This document shows positions 1 through 12,357 of a stretch of DNA of 64,000 bases, in pieces (the stretch's first letter is position 1; each line of letters begins with the position of its first letter). The notes under the pieces are model-generated. The model searched no databases and was not told the origin of the DNA. It saw only the letters and a list, made by a program, of their open reading frames with translations. The position numbers and the translations under genes were made by a program. The stretch is from Hemiscyllium ocellatum (lineage: Eukaryota): assembly GCF_020745735.1 (NCBI RefSeq), contig NC_083417.1:72726001-72790000 (forward strand), read 5' to 3'.

Positions 1-3000
1 ACTACTCTCTGTGTGAAAAAGTTGCCCCTTAGGTCTCTTTTATATCTTTCCCCTCTCACCCTAAACATATACCCTCTCTTTCTGGACTCCTCAACCCCAG
101 GGAAAAGACTCTGCCTATTTACCCTATTCACGCCCCTCATAATTTTGTAAACCTCTATAAGGTCACCCCTCGGCCTCCTACACTCCAGGGAAAACAGCGC
201 TAGCCTGCTCAGCCTCTCCCTGTACCTCAAATCCTCCAACCCTGGCAACATCTTTGTAAATCTTTTCTGAACCCTTTCAAGTTTCGCAACATCTTTCCAA
301 TAGGAAGGAGACCAGAATTGCACGCAATATTCCAACAGTGGCCTAACCAATGTCATGTACAGCCGCAACATGACCTCCCAACTCCTGTACTCAATACTCC
401 GACCAATAAAGGAAAGCATACCAAACGCCTTCTTCACTATCCTACCTACCTACAACTCCACTTTCAAGGAGCTATGAACCTGCACTCCAAGATCTGTTTG
501 TTCAGCAACACTCCTTAGGACCTTACCATTAAGTGTTTAATTCCTGCTAGCATTTGCTTTCCCAAAATGCAGCACCTTGCATTTATCTGAATTAAACTCC
601 ATCTGCCCCTTCTCAGCCCATTGGCCCATCAGGTCAAGATCCTGTTGTAATCTGAGGTAACCCTCTTCACTATCCACTACACCTCCAATTATGGTGTCAT
701 CTGTAAACTTATTAACTGTACCTCTTATGCTCACATCCAAATCATTTATGTAAATCACAAAAAACGGAGGGCCTAGCACCAACCCTTGTGACACTCCACT
801 GGTCACAGGCCCCCAGTGTGAAAAGCAACCCTCCACCACCCTCTGTCTTCTATCTTTGAGCCAATTCTCCATTCAAATGGCTAGTTCTGCCTTTATTCCA
901 TGAGACCTAACCTTGCTAATCAGTATTCCATGGGGAACCTTGTCGAATGTCTTACTGAAGTCCATATAGATCACATCTACTGCTCTGCACTCATCAATCT
1001 TCTTTGTTACTTCTTCAAAAAACTCAATCAAGTTTGTGAGACATGATTTCCCACGCACAAAGCCATGTTGACTATCCCTAATCAATCCTTGTCTTTCTAA
1101 ATACATGCACATCCTGTCCCTCAGGATTCCCTCCAACAATTTGCCCACCACTGAGGTCAGGCTCACCGGTCTATAGTTCCCTGGCTTGTCTTTACCACCA
1201 TTTTTAAACAGTGGCACCACGTTTGCCAACCTCCAGTCTTCTGGCACCTCACCTGTGACTATCAATGATACAAATATGTCAGCAAGAGGCCCATCAATCA
1301 CTTCTCTAGATTCCCACAGAGTTCTAGGTTACACCTGATCAGGTACTGGGGATTTATCCACCTTTATGCATTTCAAGACATCCAGCACTTCCTCCTCTAT
1401 AATCTGGACATTTTGCAAGATGTCACCATCTATTTTCCTACAGTCTATATCTCCCATATCCTTTTCCACAGTAAATATTGATGCAAAATATTCATTTAGT
1501 ATCTCTCCATTTTCTGTGGTTCCACACAAAGGTCACCTTGCTGATCTTTGAGGGGCCCTATTCTCTCCCTAGTTACCCTTTTGTCCTTAATGTATTTGTA
1601 AAAACCCTTTGGATTCTCCATGGCTCTATTTGCCAAAGCTATATCATTTCCCCCTTTTGCCCCCCTGATTTCCCTCTTAAGAATACTCCTTCTGCCTTCA
1701 TACTCTTCTAAGAATTCACTCGATCTATCCTGTCTATACCTTGCATATGCTTCCTTTTTCTTAACCAAACCCTCAATTTCTCTTGTCAGCCAGCCTTGCC
1801 TTTCACCCTAACTGGGATATCCATTCTCTGGTTTCTTGTTATTTCAGTTCTGAAAGCTTCCTATTTTCCAGCCATCCCTTTACCTGCAAACATTTGCCCC
1901 CAAACAGCTTTTGAGATTTCTTGCCTAATACCATCAAAATTGGCCTTTCTCCAATTTAGAACTTCAACTTTTAGATCTGGTCTATCCTTTTCTATCATTA
2001 CTTTAAATTTAATAGAATTATGGTCACTGGCCCCAAAGTGCTCCCCCACTGACACCTCAGTCACCTGCCCTGCCTTACTTCCCAAGAGTAGGTCAAGTTT
2101 TGCACCTTCTCTAAGTAGGTACATCCACATAACTGAATCAGAAAATTGTCTTGTATGCACTTAACAAATTCCTCTCCATCTAAACCCTTAACACTCTGGC
2201 AGTCCCAGTCTATGTTTGGTAAGTTAAAATCCCCTACCATAACCTCCCTATAATTCTTACAGATAGCTGAGATCTCCTGACAATTTTGTTTCTCAATTTC
2301 CCTCTGACTATTACGGGGTCTATAATACAATCTCAATAAGGTGATCATCCCTTGCTTATTTCTCAGTTGCACCCAAATAACTTCCCTGGATGAATTTCTG
2401 GGAATATCCTCCCTCAGCACAGCTGTCATGCTATCCCTTATCAAAAATGCCACTCCCCCTCCTCTCTTGCCTCCCTTTCTATCCTTTCTGTAGCATTTGT
2501 ATCCTGGAACATTAAGCTGCCAGTCCTGCCCATCCCTGAGCCATGTTTCTGTAATTGCTATGATATCCCAGTCCCATGTTCCTAAGCATGCCTTGAGTTC
2601 ATCTGCCTTCCCTGTTATGCCCCTTGCATTGAAATAAATGCAGTTTATTTGTCCTACCTTGTCCCTGGCTGTCCTGATTGTTTGACTTGCTTCTGTTCTC
2701 AACTGGACCAGTTTCAGATTGATATCTTTCCTCACTATCTCCCTGGGTCCCATCCCCCCACCTTACTAGTTTAAATCCTCCTGAGCAGCTCAAGCAAATT
2801 TCCCTGCCAGTATAAATTTCCCTGCCAGTATATTAGTCCCCTTCCAATTTAGGTGCAATCTGTCCTTCTTGTACAGGTCACTTCTACCTCAAAAGAGATA
2901 CCAATGATCCAAAAATGTGAATCCTCAGCCATGCATTCATCTGTTCAACCCTCCTATTCCTGCCCTCACTAGCTCGTAGCAGTGGGAGTAATCCAGATGT

Positions 3001-3245
3001 TACCCCTCTTGAGAACCTGCTTTTTAAATTTCTGCCTAACTCTCTGTAATCTCCCTCAGAATCTCAACCGTTTCCCTTCCTATGTCGTTAGTTCCAATGT
3101 GGACAATGACCTCTTGCTGGCCCCTCTCCCCCGTGAGAACATTCTGCACCCTCTCTGAGACATCCTTGATCCCGGTACCAGGGAAGCAACGCACCATTTT
3201 GATTTTTCGCTGTTGGGCACAGAAATGTCTGTCTGTACCTCAGAC
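1..3245 (-). mobile_element. CR1-type LINE (HER1-like), decayed; runs off the window edge
   Basis: Minus ORFs: 2061-2753 APE endonuclease (YFNARGI, IAITETWL, YYRP, GDFN); 873-1301 RT (NYRPVSLTS, QHGF, DFSKTFDKVPH); 537-872 with FTDD. Several frameshifts. Confidence 0.93.
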
Positions 3246-5633
3246 TAGAGATTCTCCAAGACTTTATGACTCTATGACTCTAAACCAATCTGAAGCTGTT
3301 CCTGAATTCTCACTGAGCTCTAATTTGATCATTTTTTGGACTAAAGTATTTTTTATGGCTTTTATACCACACTGCCAGTTGTACTGACCTGTTAATGGCA
3401 AAAGGCTTCCTGGGAACCACAACCCTGCCCTGGACATTTCCTAAACAAGCACATCCTCTCCCACTTTACTGAACTATCTGGCTCACCCAACTCTCAGGTT
3501 TGCATTGAATTTCATCAGCAGTAATCTTCTTTCTGGCTGCACAAAGTTACCGTGCACTTAAAGCTAATTGGGTGTGCAGGAACCACATCAAATCATTCTA
3601 CCACGCCTCATGGTAGTTAAAGGGTCAGAGTAGTTTAGGAAGGTCAGGGATGATCAGCTGGTTGGTGATATTCAGTGCAGAACGGACCGTATCAGATCAG
3701 ATAGTAAGGGTATTCTTGGTTTATGGTTGTTCACTAAGAAGTTTGAAGACATACTTGGGGCTGTGGTCCTGTGTTTTGAGGGTTCTTGTGGTGCACTGGA
3801 AGTGTCCATACCTCTGAACCAAGAGACCTGAGTTCAAATCCTATCTGGTCTAGAAGTGTGTATTAACACCTTTGAATAGGTTCATCAGTAACTAAAAATT
3901 TTCATTATCCAGGAATAAGTGAAGATTTCAGTCTGTCTAATATTTCCTGATTAACAATGCAGGGAAGTGATTGTCCTAATTGTCTGACTCCAGTTCAGAT
4001 TTGGAGATCTTTGTGAGTGCCCCAAGAAGCTGTAAAATTACACCTCAGAATGTAAATCTTCCAGGGCAATTCCACGAATGTCATCATGTTCGGACTCCCT
4101 CAATGACCCTACGTGCAACTTTGTCTGATGATTTGGAGGCCAGATAATTTAATGCTTTAATTGTACCTATCTTGCAGCAGTTGGATTGTTGTTGTCCTTG
4201 TGAATGTTCCCGAATCAATTCTGCACTCCAATTTTCCCAGGTCATTCAATTTGGCTTTCCACAGAATGGGCAGGACTGTGTCCTTGGCAAGCTATATCAG
4301 AGTCAATCAGCATGGTGGAATATAGGATACATTTCATTTTTGTGGCACTCACTGTCAAATGACAAATGCAAATCCCTATTCTCTCAACGATACGGAAAGG
4401 ATGAAGGAATAGCTGGTTGTGTGGCACTGAAGGGTAGGTAGGATTTATGGTTAGGTGAATGTGTAAGTAGGTTGGCTTTTCAATGTAGTTGGAAGTAAGT
4501 TGGTAAGTGGGTAGAGTGGCTGGAATATGCACATGGGAAATTAGAGTAGTTGCTAACTTGATAAGAATGTCAGTGGATTAGTTTCACAAGACAAGAGATT
4601 AATTGTATAGGTGTTTCAGGTTGACAAGTTGAGTCAGTGGGTGGAGTAGATGAGTGGGAATGATGGAGGTGGACAGGGTTAATACCACATGAAAACAAAA
4701 ATACAGTTTGCTCGCATAGTCAAACCAGGTGGCAACCAGAACGTGAGCCCAAATTGCAACAGTAGCTCTTGCTGATAAACAGCTATGACCATTCCTGATT
4801 GGAAACAATCAACACAGTTTGTGAATGATCAACTATCATCAGTTGGAAACTATCGTCACATGAAAACTTTGCCTTCCCAAGAAAAGCTGTCATATTTAGT
4901 TTTCACTTTTACTTTAATCTTATTGTTATTATTTTTATTATCACTCTATTTGAATGAGATCTGTGTACAATGTATTAGCATGTCAGCCACTAACAAATCA
5001 AGCCCATGTAAATAGGCATGATTTGTGCAATCCTCAACAAAGCTAAGTACAAATAAAAAAGTAAAGAAAAACCTTTACCTGGATGTTTCAAACGTTTGTT
5101 TGGGAAGTGTTGGGTAACAGCTTAATTAAATGTCACGTAACCCGTACAAATCTTTAGCTTTTGTTTAAAATTTGCAACTGATCTCCAGGTAATATGCTGC
5201 TGTTGGCATATTGTGTTTAATTTGGATAGTTTGCTGTTTGTCTTGTTTATTTGTTTAGTCATATTCACTGAAATTCAATGCTGGGTGAGCAGGTCCGGGA
5301 TGAAGCATTTTGGGGGAAATAGAGAAGAAAACAATTTGACAAAGTTCCACAGAATTCTGGCAGAAAAGCAGAAAACATGCTCCAAAATGTTACAGAATAA
5401 CTTCAATTAAACATAAATAAATCAATCAAGCAGAAGCAAAGCTGTCTGGTAAATGGATGATTTCCAGCACCTTGCCATTTTACATCACAACACATATTTT
5501 TGCAATAATTATTTCCTTAGAGTGCCCAGCAACTGCATACTTGACTTCTCGATGGATTCTAGCTTATTGATTTCATGCACAAATCTCTACCTTTTTCTCT
5601 CTCCTAGGGTAGCAATTCTGCACATCTTTACAG

Positions 5634-5875
5634 GTTGGAAAATAAAGCAAACTACCTCAGCTAGTGTCATTTGTGAAGGTCAATCAGTTCTCAGCCTCAC
5701 CGAAAGACAACAAAACAGAAGGTAGCCGAGGTAAAAACTTGGATTTCAGCTGGAGGCTGAGGTCAAGAACTGGCAACAACAGTACAACTAACCCAAGAGA
5801 TTTCTGGATGAGGAACCAAAGTGGAAACAGACATCCACAGTCAGCACCATCTTTGCCTCACAGCCATTAGGCAGT
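5634..5875 (+). pseudogene. Possible heavily decayed Ig V-like exon
   Basis: Acceptor tctttacag| gives phase-1 GWKIKQTTSASVICEGQSVL (V A/B-strand-like). Other frames give DFSWRL and SG*GTKVET (J-like). No YxC, and shorter than a normal V exon. Confidence 0.25.
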
Positions 5876-6279
5876 GAGTATAAAAATGTTCTCACAAAGA
5901 TTTTTACTTCCGCCCACTAGTGTTATCGTGAAAACGTGCCTCACACTCTCCTTTTCCATGGTCGCTGCCTCCTGTAGTGACTGGAATGATGTCATCCAGG
6001 TGGATCTCAAACAATATGGGGCTGTTAATCTGGTCTAATCAGGAAACCCTGGCTGACAGATATAAACAGGAGTATCAGGATTTAAGGTTTGTCTTCACTT
6101 CCCTGAAAACTGGTTGAACGATAGGGTTTGGGGCCGCCCCTTCATCTTGTAAATTGCTGTTTCTCTGTATACAGCTGTTAATGTTAATAGTTTTCATACT
6201 GTGTACTGTTTAGTAAAACAAATAAATAGGAGTGTCAAATAAGAAATAAACAGGAGTGAAGTTCTGTTCATTCTAAGAA

Positions 6280-6592
6280 GGGTGGCACGGTGGCACAGTG
6301 GTTAGCACTGCTGCCTCATAGCGCTAGAGATCCGGGTTCAATTCCTGACTCAGGCGACTGACTGTGTGGAGTTTGCACATTCTCCCCGTGTCTGTGTGGG
6401 TTTCCGGTTTCCAGTTTCCTCCCACAGTCAAAAGATGTGCAGGTTAGGTGAATTGGCCATGCTAAATTGCGCCTAGTGTTAGGTAAAGGGGTAAATGTAG
6501 GAGAATGGGTGGGTTGCGCTTCGGCAGGTCGGTGTGAAACTGTTGGCCCAAAGGGCCTGTTTCCACACTGTAAGTAATCTAATCTAATCTAA
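6280..6592 (+). mobile_element. HE1-like tRNA-derived SINE
   Basis: A/B-box head (tggcacagtggttagc...ggttcaattcc), ggccatgctaaattg core, CR1-like 3' end with (aatct)n tail; interrupts the Gypsy LTR. Confidence 0.9.
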
Positions 6593-7310
6593 AACTGGCT
6601 CTGAGGAAGCTGGACCAGTGTCAAGTACAATGCCGGTGTAAATAAAGGGAGACTTGGTGACAGGATTCTGACCTTTGTGGTGTTACGTCAGTGATGACAA
6701 GAGTAGGATTAATGGACTGATCATTCAAAAGTGTCTTCTCGCTGAAGCACAGGCACAACAACTGGCTTTGTCACTAGAAATTGCAGCAAGTAGAGCAAAT
6801 GAGTTCCAGGTATTCCGATGGGAGTGGATACCCTCACCAGCTGGCTGAGCTTGTAGGACACTGCTTGAGTGAAGGCAATTGCACAGCCTCACCCTGTACT
6901 GATGGACTCTACGTCAGCCCACAGCAAAACCTCAAAAAAAAGCCAAGCCTTGACCAAATGGGGAACGTTTTCTTCAGGATCTGGGCTGGCAAACCATTGT
7001 AGTTCCTGCCAAAATACAGACTTTAGATGGCACAAACATTCCCACTCGGTCTTACTTGAGTAAGAGAGCTCATAGTGCGGTATTCAGGAAAGTGCACACC
7101 CTGGAAAGCACACCTTTTGGAACAGTTAAATTGCTTAGCAACGTTCAAATCAGAAACAATCAAAATAAACATTTGGTTAAATGGTTACCCAGTTCTAATG
7201 GAGGTTGGTGCCAGTGTGGCTGTATCAGTGATTGCAGAATCAGTCTTTAACAAAATTCACTCTGGACTCCAACCCATAAGTTTGTGTAAGATTTCAGTTA
7301 GACTGAGAAC

Positions 7311-7400
7311 TGGATTAGTGGTGCTGGAAGAGCACAGCAGTTCAGGCAGCATCCAAGAAGCAGCGAAATCGATGTTTCGGGCAAAAGCCCTTCATCAGGA
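7311..7400 (-). mobile_element. Short Penelope-like fragment with hammerhead motif
   Basis: Minus strand CTGATGA-agggcttttgccc-GAAACATC; gagaact is repeated on both flanks; lies inside the Gypsy protease region. Confidence 0.75.
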
Positions 7401-9156
7401 GAACTTATACTGGTGAACCTTTCTAGATGAAGGGTACACCTTTGGTTCCAGTCATGTATGTGAAGCAGCATGCTAAATTGCCTGTAGTGTTGGGTGAGTA
7501 TAGGGGAATGGGTCTGGGTGGGTTTACAACTGATTGGAGTGAAAGGCTCCAGCCCAAGCCTGATGGGAGAGATTGGTTGAGAAAGAGTCACGTTGATTGG
7601 CTCAACATTTCTCAATTTGAAAATGGATGCCCAAGTGAAGGCCAAATTAAATACCAGAAGGTTTTCAGGATGGTCTAAGGACTATCAAAGGAGCTAAGGT
7701 CAACTTGCATGTTGACCAGGTAGCAGTTTAACAGCTCTGCAAGGCCTGTCCAGTGCCATTTGCCTTACATGTGAAAATAGCTGCAGAAATCAGATGGCTG
7801 GAAAGTAAAGTAATCAATGAACCATTAGTATTTGCAGAATGAGCAGCATCGATCATACCAATTGTGGAGCCCGGTGTGCCTTTGTGGAAATTTTAAACAA
7901 AAGGTGAACCACTTATTGCAGTTTGATAAACACCCAGTCCCTTGCATGGAGGACTTATACACAAAGCTGGTGGGGGGCTGTCCTCATGGAGCTGGACATG
8001 TGCCATGCGTATCGACAATTATGATTAGGTGAGGATTCACAGAAGGCTGCTACAATTAATACCATAATGTTTTGCAGCAATATACGAGACTGCCGTTTAG
8101 AGTATTGTGAGCCTATGCCATTTTTCAGCAGATGGTGGAGAATATTTTACAAGGTCTACATCAGGTAACCATCTATCTGGATGATGTGCTAATAACAAGG
8201 GAGGTCAATAAAGAGCAATTAGAGAACTTGAACATAGTCCTTAGACATTTCTTCCAGGCGGGAGTACACTTTAGAAGGGAAAAATGTGTGTACCAGGAAC
8301 ACAAAGTGATCTACCTAGGTTACAGAGTTGAAAAGACTGGGTTACACACGTTGGAAGATAAAATGAGGACGATTAAAGGTACCCTGGCTGCAACGTCAAT
8401 ATCAGAGCTTAGGTTTTTCCTTGGATTGGTACATTATTATAGAATGTTCTGATGTAGCCTGGCTTCCACATTGGCACCCTTATATCTGCCAGTGAAAAAG
8501 GGCTTGGAAATAGTCTCAGAGCCTAGATGTAGCCTTTAGGGAATAGAAGAAGCAGCTATCATTGTCAAAGGTGTTGGGACACTATGATCCCAAGCAAGGT
8601 CTGGTACGGACATGCCATGCCTCCCCATATGGGATTGGCTTAGTGTTGGTTCACAGGTAGCCCAATGGAGAGAAACCTTCAATAGGTATGCTTCCCATCC
8701 TTGACTGATGCAGAGTGCAAACATGTCCATTTAGAGAAGGAAAGTTTGGTGTGAGAAAGTTCTTTCGGACATAAATTTGTAATAGTAACAAAGAGGACAA
8801 GGCCGTGCTACCTATTGTTTCAGGTCACATTCAGCAGTGTGCTCTTATTCTGAGTGCAATTACAGATTGGAACACCTTTCGGAAGGCCAAGTAGCAAATA
8901 TGGATGCCTTGAGCCGTCTCCATCTTGCAGATACATCACCAGTGGTGCCGCCACAGGAACAGTCCATTCTAGTTTTGAACTCTCTGGGCACCCTTCCAGT
9001 CACCACTGACAACATCAGGCTGTGGATGGAAAAAGATCCAATCCTGGCAAAATTAAAACAGCTGGCGTTGATGGGGGAAATGAAAGTGCCAACAAGGAAG
9101 AATTAAAATCTTTCTGAACCAGGCAAGACCAGTTCACTGCACGGCACAGCGTATTA

Positions 9157-9450
9157 TCAGATTAGATTGCTTACAGTGTGGGAACAGGCCCTTTCGCCCA
9201 ACAAGTCCACACCAACCCTACAAAGAGCAACCCACCCAGACCCATTCCCCTATACTCACCCAACACTACAGGCAATTTAGCATGGCCAATTCACCTAACC
9301 TGCACATTCTTTGGATTGTGGGAGGAAACCAGAGCACCCGGTCTGTACAGGGAGAATGTGCAAATTCCACACAGACAGTTGCCTGAGGCACAAATTGAAC
9401 CTAGGTCTCTGGCACTGTGAGGCAGCAGTGCTAACCACTGTGCCACCCAC
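9157..9450 (-). mobile_element. HE1-like SINE
   Basis: Reverse complement of the same head, core and tail as the 6280 copy. Confidence 0.88.
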
Positions 9451-10902
9451 AAAGGTAAGCAAGCAACGGTTACTGCTGGATACTGGCTGAACTCCACCAG
9501 GGCGATCCAGGAGTTTCCAAAATGTAGATGGTCGTGAGAGGTCATGTATGGTGACCAGGATTAAATGCAGATATAGCTGAGTGAATGTCACAGAGTGCCA
9601 TCAGGGACAAAAATTGCCCCCAGCAGCACCCCCACATTTGTGGGAATGGCAAGGTAAAGCCTGGTCTTGGTTATATGTTGACTACGTCGGCCCTTTCAAT
9701 GTTCTTAGTCATTGTGGGGCCAGCTCAAAGTAGTTGGACATGCATAGAGTCATTCATCAAACATAAGGTTGATGATAGGAAAGCTGCAAACATGTTTTGC
9801 AACACATGGGCTCCCGTAAACGTTGGTCATAGACAACAGGCCATCATTTATTGGGAGGGAGTTTGAGTATTTCCTAAAGGGGCAGTCAGCATATAATGAA
9901 TGCTGCATACCATCTATCATCTTATCAAAGGCTTATGGTGGAACAACAACATCCAAACATAAAGAAGAAGCTGCAGAAAAATAGGTAGAACCCATAAGGA
10001 ATGCCCAAAGAGCAAAACATGAGTAGACGAGTGAAAAGAAGAACAAAAAAATCACCATTCTGCAAAGATGTAAACAAGTTAATGCTAAAATTCAATAAGA
10101 GAAATAAAGAAACTGCAACTCAGCAGCTGCAGCAAGCAATGAAACAAATAATAAATGCATGGGAGGTAAATTCAAGGAATTTAGTGGAGAAAACAGCTAG
10201 GTGGGGGATGAAGCCAGCTCTACCCAACTTTATTGAATCACTACTCGCATTTGAATTTGAGAAGTTTAGAAGCAGCAGTTTTAGATTTTAACTAAAGTTG
10301 TGTTAGTTAATGCTAATTTAAGGAAGGGTGTAAGTTCATTAGAGACTGATATGTGGAATAAGTGGACTGCGCCAAGAGCATGGACTTGACAAGCTGGACT
10401 TGTTTCCATGCGTTTCGAAGAGTAAAGGGTGACCTGATTGAAATTTATAAAATCCTGAAAAACCTTGACTAGGTGGTAGTGGAAACAATGCTTCCTTTCC
10501 TGGGTCAGCCAGATCAAGAGGATGCTGTTCCAAAATTAGGTCTCGTCCTTTTAGGACCAAATTGTGGAGATTTATTTTCTCTCTCAGGACTTTGAGGTTT
10601 GTCTCTAAGGGTGGTGCAGGTTGGTCAGTAAATATTTTCTGGGCAGAGATAAGTAGATTCTTGTTAGATACTGGGATCAAATATCATCAGGAGATGGGAA
10701 TGTAGTATTCAAAAGACAGGCAGACCTGCTATGCTCATATTGAATGGTGCAGCAGCTTCGAGAAGACAAATTTTACTTTTGCTTCTGTGTCATATGTTCC
10801 CATATATCATCAGATGCCATTGTGATGTTTTGGTTCAAATATCAATTAAAGTAATAACAATGGGATAGATACATTTGTTTACTGTTTTAGATGTGATCTC
10901 AC

Positions 10903-10985
10903 TAATGCTGTAACAGGTTAAGAGCAGAATATTAGCCAACACACTGAAAGAACCTATTATTCTAATTATAACGTGGAATAGATTA
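10903..10985 (-). pseudogene. Transmembrane exon of the minus-strand Ig receptor (gene A), Arg in TM
   Basis: ttcttttgatag| ... |gtgaga, 83 nt. Encodes NLFHVIIRIIGSFSVLANILLLTCYSI. Phase 2 in matches the stalk exon. Confidence 0.6.
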
Positions 10986-11565
10986 CTATCAAAAGAACAA
11001 ACATGAGCTGGTTGCTTTCTTATCTCAAATGAAGTGGTATAACACAACAATGATCCTGACAACTGAAATGACAGTGCAGCTCAAGTCCATCAGTTAAATG
11101 CAGGAATATTTCTGAAATTCTGGGTCTGAAAAGTACTTATAAGTTTCCCTGCTCAATTTGAAACATGCAGGAGTAGGTCAGTGTAAAAAAAAAGTTAGAC
11201 ATATAAATGACCATAAACAGCCATTTGCTTATTCCATGAAGTCATGTCAGATATTTAATTTTATGGCATTATGGAAAACTGTCCTGAATTCTACACGTAA
11301 TTATTCCATGAAAAGATGCCATGAGGTCCACTACCAAGATATTATGGACTGTAAATGCATTCACTATATCCTTTGAATAATGAAACATCCATTTACATGT
11401 TTAAACAATTATTCTTCTCCAACTCACTTTCTATTGCAAACAATATTGTTTCTGACCAGCCAATTCTCTTTTAGGATTATGCTGTAACATATTTTCTGAA
11501 TGTTACTTAACTAGTCAATGATAGATAAAATAGGCAGTTTTATTTTATATCATGCATTTTATGAC

Positions 11566-11617
11566 CAGACGTCTTTAACATCAATATTTTTAAGATTTGA
11601 AGAATTTTCTTGTGGCT
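11566..11617 (-). pseudogene. Candidate stalk (connecting peptide) exon, gene A
   Basis: catttactgtag| ... |gtcata, 52 nt, phase 1 in and phase 2 out. Encodes (E)PQENSSNLKNIDVKDV. The donor is weak. Confidence 0.45.
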
Positions 11618-12053
11618 CTACAGTAAATGTGAAATATCAAAGTGTTAAACTTAAGAATTGTCACCAACAATATAAAAAGTAGAACATAATAGAGAGCTTA
11701 TTTATATAAAATTATATGTGTATATAGACTACTGGTGATATTGGGTTCACATGATTCAAATTGATAATTTTACGCAATTTTCCAATGATCTAGTAATCTT
11801 TACAACCTGGTCAGAGTTACAGTGATGCATATGGTTTTAAATTGGTACACTGATTACTGATTGATCATCATCAATTGTGCGCAGAAAACTTTTTTTATAT
11901 CTTGTAATGAATATTCAAAGGGACAGGTTTCAAAACATTCATGAACATACTTAAATCAGACACCAATCACTTTAACCTGACATCAAATATTTTTAGTAAT
12001 TCATTGAACTTGGAAAGATTCTCATTAATTCCATCAACTACAATGATACTCAT

Positions 12054-12357
12054 CATGGTCAGCAAGTGTTGTTCCGGTTCTGTTAATCATAATATCTCTT
12101 TGTTGTTGGACTCCACAATAATAAACACCAGCATCTAGAAGACCAATGTCAAAAGAGCTTGAAGGTGCCTTGACCTTTTCTCTTAAAATATTGCCTCCTG
12201 GAGTTGGAGGTAAGATGCACAAATACACTGTTACCCAATCTCCACCAGAAAATATCAATATCTGAATCATCTTATAGAAGATTGAACACACAAGCGAGGC
12301 TTATATTTGAACCCAAATTCGCAGTCATGCATCAGGGCCTCTATAACACTGGGAACC
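12054..12357 (-). pseudogene. Ig V-set exon with germline-joined J-like G strand (non-rearranging), inactivated
   Basis: ttttgcag| phase 1: FPVL*RP*CMTANLGSNISLACVFNLL*DDSDIDIFWWRLG...GTFKL, frameshift, DIGLLDAGVYYCGVQQQRDIMINRTGTTLADH. Canonical Cys, Trp and DxGxYYC present. Three stops (12343, 12334, 12274), a +1 frameshift near 12152, and donor GT changed to AT (catg|atgagt). Confidence 0.9.

Larger units (their letters stand above)
6000..9920 (+). mobile_element. Decayed Ty3/Gypsy LTR retrotransposon with nested SINE and Penelope insertions
   Basis: LTR-like segment ending ~6690. Protease-like IWLNGYPVLMEVGASVAVSVI (~7170-7235). RT with IYLDDVLI (8132-8452). RNase H-like ~8550-8900 and integrase-like ~9500-9900. 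No 3' LTR seen. Boundaries approximate. Confidence 0.85.

Noticed and set aside
3963-4012. 50-nt exon-like segment (atgcag|...|gtgagt)
   Set aside because: No recognisable peptide and no partner exons.
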